Source: Centroscyllium fabricii (lineage: Eukaryota). Taken from it: a DNA stretch of 64,000 nt. Below, piece by piece: positions 1 to 13,699 of the stretch (the stretch's first letter is position 1; each line of letters starts with the position of its first letter). Under the pieces are notes generated by a model that searched no databases, had not been told where the DNA came from, and saw nothing but the letters and a program-made list of their open reading frames with translations. The stretch spans positions 507,842,001 to 507,906,000 of the forward strand of contig JBNRSN020000003.1 in the NCBI GenBank assembly GCA_051313645.2, read 5' to 3'. Both the position numbers and the translations under genes were made by a program.

Positions 1-317
1 TCTTATCCGAAACCCTTGGGGCCAGATGTGTTTCGGAATTCGGAATTTTTCAGATTTTTGATATTTTCACAGTGAAATTAAACTCAAAATCACAAAATAA
101 CAAAAAACATCGGAGAGCAGCAGAAGCACGTGTGACTGGTAGCAGCGCTGAGACACAAATGACGCCTCACACCTGCGTGGGTCAAGCGTCGGCCGCGTCG
201 GGTCATGTTTGGTGCAACTCTGGTCATGTCGTGCACACGAGTGACGCTCCACGAAAAAACTTACGGTTTTCAGCGCTTTTCGATTTTCGGAATTGTGGAT
301 AAGGGGCTGATTACCTG
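1..317. mobile_element. Tigger/pogo-type non-autonomous DNA transposon (MER46/Zombi-like), cut by the window start
   Basis: Ends in ...ggataaggggctgattacctg|TA; starts with cttatccgaaa; repeated ttcgga motifs. Confidence 0.65.
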
Positions 318-1960
318 TATTGAGAGTCTTTTGGAATAGAAATACTTAAGTGTCTTTCCTAAGAGGTGATGCTCTATTTTGGCCAGTAAAAAGGCGGCTT
401 CATGAGGATCAGCAACATTGGTGTCGGGATCAGGTGTAATGTGTTTGTGTCCAAACCTATCTCCAGCTTCTACCATTATGTAATGTTAAAGATCAGCATG
501 ATTTCCATGCTTGGGAACCAAATTAGTTATATAATGTAACTAAAGGTTTATTATAACCTAGAAATGGTATCCAACGATAATTCACATGAGTAGGTCTTTT
601 ACAGTCAGATTAGCAGTAAGGACATTTTAGGTCTCCATAAAGCTGCATACCTACTGGAAAGAGTGACTGACTTTTCAGTGAAATTTTCTTCATAACCTTT
701 CTTGGCAGGAATGCTTTTGACTTCTAAGAAAGATATGTCCCTTGGAAAACTTTGTTGAGAATAAATGCAGTGAAATTTTTCAGAAAATAAAATCAAAATT
801 TGACATCAGATTTTACTTTTCAGAAATAAAGATTTATCTTGGTCGTCTTATTGAGGGCCATTTAACCACCTTATTCTTTAAAATGTTATAGGTCAAGGTT
901 GGCATTCGTTGGAAAATTCATAACGGCCAAAAGTTATTTTAAAATGTGAACATTTTGCTTCCTTATATCTTTAACTAGTCACAAGCTTGTATGTCCTGTA
1001 CTTGTCTGGTTTGTTTATTTTCAAACTGAATTCTTCATAAAAAATCCTTTTTCCATCATCCTTTTCACAGTCCTTCCATCCAACTACTCATCACCATGCA
1101 ACCTTCTCCACCTGGGGGGATAGCATGGTCTGTGTTGTAGATGCCTCCATAGATTAAGAGGCGCTCTGTTGTATGGTGACTAGAAGCCATCTCCTAACTT
1201 TTTCATGTTGCATTTTATGAAATATTGGATATTCACTTAATTATACATATGCACTATTATTACATAAAGCATTTTATATGAAGAGGACAGTTAAAGATGA
1301 GTTCCTGCTTCCATTTTGGGTTTGTACATATGAACTTGGTCATTGTACCACTGGTGTATATGTTCACTCAAAACTAACTCCGGAAGGCAGTTGTTGCATT
1401 TTGTGGCAGGAGGATCAACGCAATTACCATGACAAATATGCCACAGTAACATTACATAAGTGATAAAGACATTTCTATCATGTAGTGATGATTTAAGATT
1501 AAAAAAACTTTTATACAGTGCCTTTAACAAAGAATATCCCATGGCACATCACTAATGGGTATAAGGAAAATGGATGCCAAGCCAGGAAGGGAGAGCACGC
1601 GCGGGTGCGTTCCTCCTGTTCCCTCGCCGCGACCCAACCCCCGACCCCCCCCCTCCTGCCACTTTCGACCCCTCGCTCGCGTCCTCGCCCCCTCCTCCGC
1701 TTTCTTCCCCTCGCTCACGCTCTTCCCCCACCCTCGCCCTCTCTCCCCCTCCCCTCGGATCTCTACTAAGTAGGCTGTTTGTCAATTGTAATGGATGTGG
1801 GATGATAATCAATGGAAATCAACAGTTGCAATGATAGGATTTATCATGCACAAATAGTCTGCACTAAGTACCACTTAGTTTCAATATTCAGTTGTTCTTG
1901 TTCCATATATCTTTATTAAATAACCCAGTAAATAGCAATGTAAAATCTGTGCTTTTTTAA

Positions 1961-2862
1961 TCAAGTTTCAAGTTTACTTTATTTGTCACTTACATCATTA
2001 TACATGTACAAAGTGTAGTGAAATGCTTAATCGCAAGCTCCATGTCTGTGCTCTCCGGATAACAATAAATACAAATAATAATGAATAATTACAAGAGGAA
2101 AAAGGCATTCAATCGTCAGGGAGCAGTATACCGACCCTTGGCAGCGTTTTCATTTAGGATCCGGATGGCTTGGGGATAAAAGCTCCTCCTAAGCCTCTGT
2201 GTACTGGTCTTAATGCTGCGATAGCATTTTCCTGACCGCAGCAGTGAGAAGAGGCCGTTGTTCGGGTGACTAGGATCCTTAATGACCTTCTTAGCCTTAG
2301 TCATGCACCGCCTGGTGTAGATATCCTGCAGGTTAGGGAGTGCACCCCCGGTGGTACGTTCTGCCGACCGTACTACCCTTTGCAGGGCCCTACGGTCTTG
2401 TTTAATGCTGTTACCATACCTGGCGGTGATGCTCCCTGACAGGATACTCCTCAATAGTATATTTATAAAAGTTGTTTAGTATTTGGGGGGACATTCAAAT
2501 TCCCTCAGGCTCCTGAGATGGTAAAGACGCTGCCGCGCCTTCTTCACCAAGGTGTCTATGTGAAGGGACCATGTCCGGTCATCAGAAGGATGGACCCCGA
2601 GGTATCTGAAATTACTCACCCTCTCTACTGGGGTCCCATCGATCTTGAGAGAGTTTTTGTACCTCTCCTTCCTCCCAAAGTCCACTATCCGCTCCTTTGT
2701 CTTGCTGATGTTCAGGAAGAGGTTGTTGTCCTGGCATCACAGTGACCAGTTCTCCACTTCCTTCAGGTAGGCCTTCTCGTTGTTGTTGGTGATCAGGCCC
2801 ACTACAACTGTATCGTCCGCAAACTTGACGATAGTATTGGAGTCATGTGTGTACAGGGAGTA
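1961..2862 (-). mobile_element. Rex1/Babar LINE 3' fragment
   Basis: ORFs 2476..2685 (FRYLGVH...KKARQRLYHLR) and 2116..2454 (ALQRVVRSAER...DPSHP...RSFYPQAIR); KFADDT at about 2810-2825; short repeat tail at 1961. Confidence 0.85.
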
Positions 2863-3019
2863 TGGTAATGTGTTACTTGACATTACATTCATAAAAGTAC
2901 ATGATGCAAAGCATTTGGTTTTAATATGTTGTGTGCCAGTTTAGTGATGGGACATGTAGAAGCCACTTAATGAACTTCCTGCAGTTCCCCACAATGTTAA
3001 AGTCTGTCTTTTCATGCAG

Positions 3020-3123
3020 TATGTATTGGAGATGGAGGCAAAGATGGACCAGTTACGAGCGCTGGTTGAGGCTGCCGATAGAGAGAAGGTGGAGCTTCTG
3101 AACCAGTTGGAAGAGGAAAAAAG
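3020..3123 (+). CDS. CLIP1: CLIP1 (CLIP-170) coding exon, [35 protein letters not shown]
   Basis: Acceptor tgcag|TAT, donor AG|gtacta; 104 nt, phase 0 to 2. Peptide is nearly identical to recalled human CLIP1 [35 protein letters not shown]. Confidence 0.95.
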
Positions 3124-3489
3124 GTACTAGTTACTAACATGGATTTTGAAGTATCATCATTGTGACTTTCTTTTGTAAATGTACATAATAATAATATACT
3201 GCAGCTTGTAGAAAAACTTCTATATGGAGTCACCAGTGTTACTGTAGATCAAACAAAGCTTTATTTGATATGAAGCAACTCAAAGCTCAGTTATCCTTGA
3301 AACTGCAGACACAATTTTACAGCAGCAATTTTCTACTATGGTTGTCTTCCGAGCATAGGTTCCTTCCTACCTTCCTTTCTTCCTAATATTGAACGTTCAA
3401 TACCTCAGGATCTGATATTCTTTCCCCCTAAGAGAGTGTTGGTTGGCTCTTTCAGCAATTACTACTTTGTCTTTTGTTTTTATCAATAG

Positions 3490-3550
3490 GAAAGTGGAAG
3501 ACCTTCAGTTCCGTGTAGAGGAAGAGTCCATTACCAAAGGTGATTTAGAG
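3490..3550 (+). CDS. CLIP1: CLIP1 coding exon, (R)KVEDLQFRVEEESITKGDLE
   Basis: atag|G ... GAG|gtaaac; 61 nt; phase fits the previous exon; peptide identical to recalled human CLIP1. Confidence 0.95.
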
Positions 3551-4284
3551 GTAAACAACCTACTGATTTGCAGATATCCTGAACGAAAGACCATGACTGT
3601 GTGGTTCAGAAGCTGATGGGAATACCTATCGCATGTATAAAAAAACCTGTTAGCTGATAGTGCTTTAATAGAGAACAGTAACACGGAACAATTTTACCAA
3701 CACCTGTTGGTAGAAAAGGGATGAGAGGTTGTGAACAGTTCACACTTGTAGCTGATAATTGCTGATTAACAGAGAATTGGGGCTTAAATATCTCAACTTT
3801 TCAGATTAATTGCCATTTGGATGATTGGGTTATTCGGCATGGCGCTTGTGGCTAAATGGCTGCAGTGGTGGCAGGAAATTGTTGATTAATTAACAGTTTA
3901 TAACCTTATGTCCTCATCAAAAAGTGCCATTTTACGTGATTAATTTTTTGGTGAAACAAGTGTTCCATTGAGGACAAGGGTTTATTCTGTGTGTGTTTAA
4001 CACGTTCTGTTGCTGCTTTATAATAATGTCTTTACATTCAACTTGGATATCAAATATTTGGGAATCCCGTAAATATGTGAACTATACTTATAAAACTGGC
4101 AGCCTTTGGTCCTTTGAATCAGAATTAATTTACTTCAACAAAATTATTTTAGGGTTTCCTTGGTGTGTTTACAGCCTTGCTTTCTAATCTTTAATGCTGG
4201 TTTATGGCAGAATATATAGAGTTCTTAATTTTCTTTTAAATCTCTGGAAATGTTCAGTTTAAAAAAAAAAAAAAAAAAAAATTA

Positions 4285-4615
4285 AATCAAGGACAGGAGG
4301 AAGGAAATAGGTATAGCTTTGGGAAATATTTTTGGGACCATTATAAACCCTGGAAGAAGAGTTGAGTATAGCAAATGGTATTTAAAAAGGGATTGAGATA
4401 TGAACTGTGGACCAATTAGTTTGACATCTGTAGTGAAGAGAATGCTTGAGCGTATTATATAAGAGCCATCATCCAAAAGCACGGAATCGGCAGCAAAGAT
4501 TTGGAAGCAGTCAGTCTTGCCTCTTTAATCTGCTTGAATTCTTTGATGAGATAACTGCTAACTGATGAGAGCTATCCACTGTATCTGGAGTACTTGGATT
4601 TTAAAGCCTTTACTC
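4285..4615 (+). mobile_element. Old CR1 LINE RT fragment
   Basis: Decayed PISLTSVV..MLE, NLLEFFDE and YLDF motifs. Confidence 0.6.
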
Positions 4616-7600
4616 ATTTCCATTTTTATACCTGATTTAAAATAAAATGAAAGTTCAGTTTTACAAAAATAGCTGTCCAAAAGTTTGAACTGACATTTTG
4701 CTAGTTGTATATGCATTTTAAACTATTTTTCAATTTAATTTAAAACAACATAATTAGTGGGTATAAAAACAGATCAGAGAAAACACTTCATTACACATCA
4801 GACATTTGAGCTGACAGAACTGGGTAGAATCAATGCAAGGATTTTTACTCGCCAACTTGTGATCTTCTGTCCATTCATTTGTCAATTTTTGAATGGAAAT
4901 CAGGAATGATTTTAAATTGAGAATTTGAGGGAGAATTAATAAGAATTGAAAATGAAAATCCTTAAGATTGTTAGTATGTATTATCTTTCAAAGCCTGTAA
5001 TAGCAAACTACTAATAATCTTTCACTAATTATTTAAACTTGAAAAGGGACATAACTGCAAGATAAAGCTGGGAATTATTTGGTATCAGTTCCCAGGCAGA
5101 AAATGTAATACCCGTACTGTTAGCTGTAGAGCCCAAATTGTTGTCAAGCAAGTACATTTAAGAACAGGTGTCTAAACCATCTTAAATCTTTCCTGTACAG
5201 ATTTTACACGAGTAATATTTTGTGTAACTGCATGGAAGGTACTGCATAATTTGGGGAGTTGGAAGTAACATTTGTACAGAAATAATAATGCTTAGATTTA
5301 GTAGCAACATATAACATTATTTCAGTTGTCCCATCTGTTCTGAAATGACACTTAAACTGCTGAAAAATCTTTGAATTATATCATTTCCATGCTCCCAATA
5401 AATTTTAAATATTTTTGGACTTGAAATATTATTGAAATAAGAAACTCTTGTATATTTTTTAAGCTTTTTGGTACGTGATTTATGCCATATCCCTTATGAG
5501 ATCTTTCTTGTTTATCAACAGATGGAAAAAAACTAGCATTCCATGTGATTAATAAAAATTATGTAAATGTTATATTTTTATGCATTCTAAATTGACCTTA
5601 TAAAATATACAAACATAATCCTCATGGTTATAGAGTCCCACATTGCAGTGAATTTACTAGTAGTTTTTGCCAACGTAATTGTTTTAAAAAAGGAATAAGT
5701 ATTTGCTGGTATCTGTCCTGAATACTGATGTCTGTGGCCTTTGCAATAAAAGAGAAGTCTCATACTTTCTTTTCTAATGTATTTAGCAGATATTTTTGGT
5801 ACATAGCGTTTGAATGGCTGTACCTGATGGAGATTTAAAAAAAACCTTAACAAAAGCCTTTGCTTCCCAATATTACAAAATATCTCTCAATTTACTGAGA
5901 TGTTATGTCACTTGCCTTAGAAAAGGCAAGGGTAGCTGGAGGATTGTGAGTTATAATTTTAGATTTAAGGCAAGAAAGTTGGCTGTAAAATACATATTAA
6001 TGAGTAGAGGGAAGCAAAGAGGAGTGAAACATGTAATAGAATATAAGAATAGAATAGAATTTAAATACTTCTATGAAGTCTGCCTTTAACCACCACCTTT
6101 CCAGACTTAAAGGTCAAGCTTATCTAATTTTCCGTCATAACTCACCCTTCTTAAAGCTCTGTAATGAGATTACAAACTAACTTTCAAAAACTATCGTTTG
6201 CTTTTATTGTAATGTTTAAAAAATCAACTTCGCAGTAGGAACAGAACATCATGTTGCAAGATTATAGCCTGGATAAATCTCAAAAATACAGGTCAGTCCA
6301 CATTTATTTTCATCGATATGGAATTAGAGTATTTTAAAATCAAAAATTAGATGTAAAAATCTTAATTGTAAGGGAGGACTTGAATATCCGCTTTGAATAA
6401 CCTATAAATGGAAGTTGTGATTTATACTTCCTGACACACACACTGTTTAGATTCAACAAGAATTCTATTCATTGAAAAAGATCCAATTAGTAGAAATATA
6501 ACATTTAAAACCATTACAAAAAATATAAATTTTATGCAGAAATATTTTATTGTGTGATGTGCTTAAATAACATTTTTGTAGAATGAAAAAAAATCTGCTG
6601 AACATTTTCTGATTAGTTCTAATAAATTTCATATGCAAATGAAATAAATTAAGTGGAATTTAGTATAAGAGACAGAAATGGGCAAAATGAGGACTGTAGA
6701 AACAAGTTTAAGAAACCTTTTGGACCAAAGCCTGCCAGTTTTATCAGGAAACTTTGGATGTCTTCGAAAACAGTGTTGTTTAAATGTAGAGCATTGGGAT
6801 CTATGAAGCTTGAATGGTTCTGTATTGATATGTGGAAACATGAAGGATGTTTCGGAGCATCAGTGTAGAACGTAATATTGTTGCCTAAAAATACTGGCCA
6901 AAACTAAACTAAGAGAAACATAGAAACATAGAAGTTACAGTTGACAAGTTGCAGGAGAGCACAATTAATGGGTTGCCAATCTATATATAGGGATCTTTAT
7001 ATGGCAAGATTGTAGGGACTTTTGTACAGAATTGTGCTGAATTTATAATTTACTTTTTAAGCTATAAAGTTGAAATAGATGATTGCTGTCTTTTGAAAGA
7101 ACTTTACATTAATAGAGAGAATGGTATATGGTGTAGAACATGTGAAGGCATCCAATGTTTAAAATAGTTTCTAATCAGAGCAAACCAAAATACTAATTTG
7201 AAACAAATACAAGAACTAACTGCAGTGACTGTTGACTTACTGATATGCATGTTGCTTTCACAGCTGCGCAGAATGAAATGCAATATTTACAATGACGAGT
7301 GATTATGCTGTAAACCCCTAGTCAATTATAGGCTTATTATTACCAGTTTTGCTGTCATTGTTGTATGACTGCCCACATGTTACATTGTTTAAAAACGACA
7401 CAACTCCCAAGCATCACTTCATGAGGATGTTCCTTACTTATTTAAAAAAGACACATAGATATTTGCTTAAGTTTTGTAGGCAACAAAGGAAAATTATACA
7501 TTGATGGGCTATTTCTCCTTCAGTTTGAGTTTCATACAAACACTTGGGGTTTGATTCATCTATTCATGGGGAAACTTTAAAACTGCTCCATGCCTCTCAT

Positions 7601-8042
7601 AAGACCCATGTGCATGATTGGTGCTGGCTCCTCTGTACTCTCATCAGTGGTCAAGAGTTTGTTTTCTTGGGTTCTGAGTCTGCCACGCCACTCGGTTACA
7701 TATTGTAAGTTTGGCAGGTGGGGAGAGACCGAACAGGAGAGAAAACATTTCTCTCTTTAATCAGGACTGACTTGTCTGCATGCATCATGAGTCTCAGTTC
7801 TGTAGCTATTCACTGGATTTCCCGCCCCCCCCCCCCCCCAAGTTGACCGGTATGGTTGGAGAGATGTCATCCTAGCTCTTGCAAAAGAAAATCACGAGAT
7901 AGATTGAAAGGAAATCCACTATCCTTTTATTTGACTCAGCCATGAAGATGTTGCCAGCAGAGATTTTAATTCACTTTCTGTGAATTTTCATTTCACTACT
8001 TCTGGGATTTGGTATGACATTGAGTCCAGAGGAGTTTATATA

Positions 8043-8842
8043 TTTTTTATTCATTCCTGGGATGTGAGTGTCAATGGCAAGGCCAGCATTTATTGCCCAT
8101 CCCTAATTGCCCTTGAGAAGGTGGTGGTGAGCTGCCACCTTGAACCGCTGCAGTCCGTGTGCTGAAGGTACTCCCACAGTGCTGTTAGGGAGGGAGTTCC
8201 AGGATTTTGACCCAGCAACGATGAAGGATCGGCGATATATATTTACAAGTCAGGATGGCGTGTAACTTGGAGGGGAACTTGCAGGTGATGGTGTTCCCAT
8301 GCGCCTGCTGCCCTTATCCTTCTAGGTGGTGAGGTTATGGGTTTGGAAGGTGCTGCTGAAGAAGCCTTGGCGAGTTGCTGCAGTGCATCTTGTAGATGGT
8401 GCACACTGCAGCCACGGTACGCCGGTAGTGCAGGGCGTGAACGTTTAAGGTGTCTCCTTAATCAAGTGGGCTGTTTTGTCCTGGATGGTGTCAAGCTTCT
8501 AGTGTTGTTGGAGCTGCACTCATCCAGGCAAGTATTTCATCACACTCCTGATTTATTCCTTGTAGATGGTGGAAAGGCTTTGGGGAGTCAGGAGGTGAGA
8601 ATTTGCCGCAGAACACCTAGCCTCTGACCTGCTCTTGTTACCACAATATTTATGTGGCTGGTCCAGTTAAGTTTCTGGTCAATGGTGCCCCCCAGGATGT
8701 TGATGGTGGGAGATTCGGCAATGGTGATACCGTTGAATGTCACGGAGCAGTGGTTAGACTCTCGCTTGTTGGAGATAGTTATTGCCTGGCACTTGTGTGG
8801 CGTGAATGTTACTTTCCACTTATCAGCCCAAGCCTGAATGTC
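8043..8842 (-). mobile_element. Non-LTR retrotransposon 3' fragment (CR1/L2/jockey group, exact clade uncertain)
   Basis: Minus strand reads KLDTIQDK...SFIVAGSKSWNSLP followed by an AATAAA-containing tail; a second decayed copy lies at about 61690-62040. Confidence 0.65.
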
Positions 8843-9256
8843 TTTGATTTTCTTTATCTTGTATCCCTGATTTGCAGCAGTGTATAGGAATTATTGCAAG
8901 AGACCAGCTTGGAAGTAGCTTTTGATGGCTGAACCAAATAGTTTCTCCTTTTATCCCAAAATGGTTTTGTGTTCATCAGTGTTGATGGCCTGCTTTGTTT
9001 ATTTGACAAGGCTGCTAGGTTGTTCTTCAGTGCTGCTGTTCATGTGGTGTGTTGTGCTTTCATGGAGTACGAAGGCTCATTGTTCTTGCTGACCCCAGCT
9101 TTTCCAGCTGGTGACCTTTCTTATAATTTGGGTTTAATTCAGTTACTTTTTTCCTGTGCCCAATGCAAAAGTTTGCTTATGTAGGCAAACCTTCATTCTT
9201 TGAACTGAAATGTGACTTTTTGCGTGAGGTAATCTGGGACATTGGACCACAGTGTA

Positions 9257-9556
9257 AACATAGGAACAGGAGTAGGCCATTCAGCCCCTCAAACCTGTTC
9301 CGCCATTCAGTGAGATGAAAGCTGATCTGCGACCTAGCTCCATATACCCGCCTTTGCCTCATATCCCTTAATACCTTTGGTTAACAAAAATCAATCAGAT
9401 CACCCTTAACTTTCTAAATTCCAGAGAATACAACTCTAGTTTGTGTAATCTCTCCTCGTAATTTAACCCTTGGAGTCCAGGCATCATTCTGGTAACCCTA
9501 CACTGCACACCCACCAAGGCCAATATATCCTTCCTAAGGTGTGGTGCCCGGAACAG
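9257..9556 (-). mobile_element. CR1 (HER1-like) 3' fragment, internally deleted
   Basis: LRKDILALVGVQCRVTRMMPGL...LYSLEFR plus the tail gaatggcctactcctgttcc. Confidence 0.8.
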
Positions 9557-10853
9557 TGAGCCCTTAAACCAGTGAGATTTGCATTGGAAAAATACTGTTC
9601 CCACCTCACACCAACTGATAGTGAACACCATGCTGACGGGTGAATCAAGTTTATTGAGCAGCAATGTTGAGCAGAAGCTGGAGCAACAAGCAGCAGATTT
9701 AGCTAGATTATAACATTCCATTTAACTTACTGTATCCATTTCACAATAAAGGTTCTGAATCCTTTAGTTCTCTGCAGTATTTCAAACAGCTTGGAGCATG
9801 CATTCTTGATGAAAAGCTTTTAAATGAGAAATGAAACCCATGAGGCATCTGCTAGACTTTGCCCTTACAGCGAAAAGCGAATTGAAAACAAGTCCTGTGG
9901 GTTATATCCTGCTCTTTCCATATAAATCCAAGTTATTGTTTGCTCTTTAATGTTAAGATCATCATAAGGTATCCTTAATTACCCATACTCAAAGCAGTAA
10001 ATCAACATAGGGCTTAAAGGCACAAAGACGGCCTGACTTGTCAAAGGGTCTGAACCCGAAACGTCGACTCTATATTTCTCTTCACGGATGTTGCCTGGCC
10101 TTCTGAGTTTTTCCAGCATTTTCTGTTGTTATTTCTGCCTGACTTGTTTCCTGATTCACATTTTTGTAATAGAACATTGCAACACTGTCACAATGGGTGA
10201 GAGTTTCCCCCTCCAACCAAACTTGGTGGAATGACAATACTAATAATCGATTATCTGCAGTGCTTGTATACTCACCAGGGTTGTAGATTTGTTCATTCCC
10301 CCTCACTTCCCCCATGCAATTCAATGTCAAATTCAAACTCCTTATTTGCATACCAAGCTACAGAGACCAATAGCTTCCCTTAAGAAATTGCTCAGAATCC
10401 ATTTAGAATTTGTTAAAAAATTATTTCATTATATAATGTGGAGAGTCTTCTCATTTGAAATTGGACAGATCTTTGATCTGTTACAGACTTGTCAGTCAGT
10501 GCTATAGTTTGGACTAAGACCATGCCTCATTCCAAAGAATATTAATCACAGCGAGTCTCGAGGCCTTCCCTCCAGTGATTTTTGACTTGCTTGTTCTCAA
10601 AACCCATCTGATGCCGATGCTTATGGCTCTGGTTGTAATTCGCATAGTTCCAGTGCTCAACTCTAATGTTGAGTATCTGCTATTCTAGTGTGTGAATAGT
10701 GCTTTGAATTCCTCTTCAAATCCAGTATGACTCTTCTGAAAAGCTTCAACATTATCCAACATGTCATAGAAACATAGAAAACATAGAAAATAGGTGCAGG
10801 AGTAGACCATTCGGTCCGTCGAGCCTGCACCGCCATTCAATACGTTCATGGCT

Positions 10854-11935
10854 GAACACAAGAACACAAGAAATAGGAGCAGGAGTAGGCCAATCGGCCC
10901 CCCGAGCCCGCCCCCTCACCCATCAAGATCATTGCTGATCCTACCCTAACCGTCATACCACTATCACCCTTCTCCCACCCAAAGAACCGTGTGATCTCCT
11001 GGGAGAGGCGAAAAACCGGATAAAAACCCAGGTCCAATTTGGGGAAAAAATCCGGGAAATTCCTCTCCGACCCCAATCCAGGCGATTGAAACTTGTCCAG
11101 GAGATCACTCAGGTCTTACTATACTAACCATAACTCAGGCCCACTTCCCTGCCCGCTCCCCGTAACCCCTAATTCCCTTGTCTGCTAAAAAACAGTCTAT
11201 TTCGGTTTTAAATTTATTTAATGTTCCCGCTTCCACAGCTCCCTGAGGCAGTGAATTCCATAGATTAACCACCCTCTGGGTGAAGAAGTTTCTCCTCATC
11301 TCAGTTTTAAAAGAGCCCCCCCTTATTCTAAGACTATGCCCCCTAGTTCTAGTCTCCCCGATCATTGGAAACATCCTTGGCGCATCCACCCGATCAAGGC
11401 CCCTCACGATCTTATACGTTTCAATAAGATCGCCTCTCATTCTTCTGAACTCTAAAGAGTAGAGTCCCAACCTACTTAACCTTTCCTCATATGTCAATCC
11501 CCTCATCGCTGGAATTAACCGTGTAAACCTTCTCTGCACTGCCTCCAGGGCAAGTACATCCTTTCTTAAGTATGGACACCAAAACTGCACACAGTATTCC
11601 AAATGCGGTCTCACCAATACTGTGTACAGCTGCAGCAAGACCTCCCTGCTTTTATACTCTATCCCCCTAGCAATAAAGGCTAAGACTCCATTGGCCTTCC
11701 TAATCACTTGCTGCACCTGCATACTAACTTTTTGTGATTCATGCACTAATACCCCCAGGTCCCTTTGCGTTGTATTACCACGCAGCTCCTCCCCATTTAG
11801 AAAATAACTTGCTCTATGATTTTTTTTTCCAAAATGTATAACTTCACATTTATCAGTATTAAATTTCATCTGCCAAATTGCTGCCCAATCGCCTAGCTTA
11901 TCTATGTCCTTTTGCAGGCTTTTTCTGTCCTCCAA
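10854..11935 (-). mobile_element. Young 5'-truncated CR1 LINE with an extended structured 3'UTR; a separate CR1 tail abuts at 10764-10853
   Basis: Intact 266-aa ORF2 C-terminus (VRPHLEYCVQFW...WNSLP); stop at 11135; (TTCTTGTG)n tail. Confidence 0.92.
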
Positions 11936-13551
11936 TTCTTTATAAAGTTCCCATGGAAGGCTATCAAGAAAACCTCACCAAACTAAAGGTTAAACCCTTT
12001 ATTAGCACCTTGGAACTGACCAGGAAAAGTTGTAGCAGTTCATTTGTCAATATTGTGCTGCCAACAGAATATTTAGGAGATTAGATTCTCTTGGAAAATA
12101 CATTTGTTTCAGGAACTCAGCAGATTATTCTGAGCTATTAACTCATCATCATGAAATACTCGTACCTCATGCAGAGTATGTGCATAAAATAAGTTGAGCA
12201 AAGAAGTAGCTGCCCAATTTTGCATAAAGGGACAAATTCGTTTCCCGTATAATCTGATGGATACAGAGTTATACGCCAGAGCCAATTTTGAGGCGAATAG
12301 AAATCCTGCTAAGGGAGTAAAGCATCATGTTTATGGAACAAGTTGCTTGATGTACTCTGTGAAGTAGGGCACATTTTTAGTTTTCACTTCCTTTTTTTGA
12401 GGCTGAAAGAACCATCACATCTATTTGTCGCTTTGAAGATGTGGGCACTTGCTGTTTCTGTTACTATTGTGTCATCCCCTCTTTTGTGGAATGGTACTCT
12501 AACTTATAGTCAAATCATTATTTCTTGGCTCAAATTTCAAGTGTGGGTATCAGCAGAACACTAGTTGTCCAGAAGGTCCTTGGATGGTCCAAGCAAGCCC
12601 TCCTGAGTTAAAAGGTTCAGCTTGCTGCTCTAGCACTCGCTTGTATCCTTTCCAAGAGCTGCCCTTGTATATGTTGTTGAAGTATCATTACCTTATTAGA
12701 ACGGTTTGAAGAAAGCGATTGTATCTGCTGTTCTCGCAGCTCAGTGTTTTTGTCATTTTTGTATTGTTGGTGTCCTTTGAGTGTGTGTGAAACCTGAGCT
12801 GTTAAAAGAAAGATTTTAAAAATTGAAGATCTTCCAGACACAACCACATGCACAATCCTCCCCCACTCCATTGCTCATTATTTAAAAAATCTAATAGGAC
12901 TTCATATACATCTCACAAGGAGGCATGTGACTAGTTTACATTTTTTCAATTATATGAATGAATGACCAACTCCAAACCCAAGTGCATTTAAAAGCCGCCT
13001 TTGTGCAACCAGAAAAAAAGTGAGAAATATGCTTTGAATTATATTGTAAATTAGATCATCATTAAATTACTTGCAAATAGATTAAAAAGTATCAAGGAAA
13101 ACGGCATAAAGGATTTCTTGCTTTGCTTTGATCTATTAAGATGTTTTGCCTTTAGCTGTAATTGCAAATCACGTTTCTGTTTAGTTAAACCAATTCGGTT
13201 TCAAACACACACAAGCAACAAAGGGGTTTACAGTATTAAACTAAAATTTAAGTATTAACTGTTCTGATTTGAACTGTGCTGATATTAAAACTGTACACTT
13301 ACTGCATGAAACTTTTGAATCTGCCTTTTTTTAAACTGTATTTCCCTTTAATTGTTCCCCATTTATCCTTTCCTCTGCATACCTTTGATACCATTTTCCA
13401 TTAAACATTTCTGTTTTCTTCCATCCTGTTTCTGTGTCCAATTTACCCTTTGCTTTCCTAACTGTTATAAAAGGCAGACGGTGCCGGTGGCTAAGCCTGC
13501 ATGTGGCTCCCTCCTGTCGTGCTGGCATGTGATGGTGGCACTGGTGTGTTC

Positions 13552-13699
13552 NNNNNNNNNNNNNNNNNNNNNNNNNNNNNNNNNNNNNNNNNNNNNNNNN
13601 NNNNNNNNNNNNNNNNNNNNNNNNNNNNNNNNNNNNNNNNNNNNNNNNNNNNNNNNNNNNNNNNNNNNNNNNNNNNNNNNNNNNNNNNNNNNNNNNNNN
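13552..13699. other. Assembly gap (148 N)
   Basis: Run of N. Confidence 0.99.

Noticed and set aside
6239-6291. Possible exon tag|GAACAG...ACAG|gtcagt
   Set aside because: 53 nt, not frame-preserving, weak pyrimidine tract and no CLIP1 similarity.
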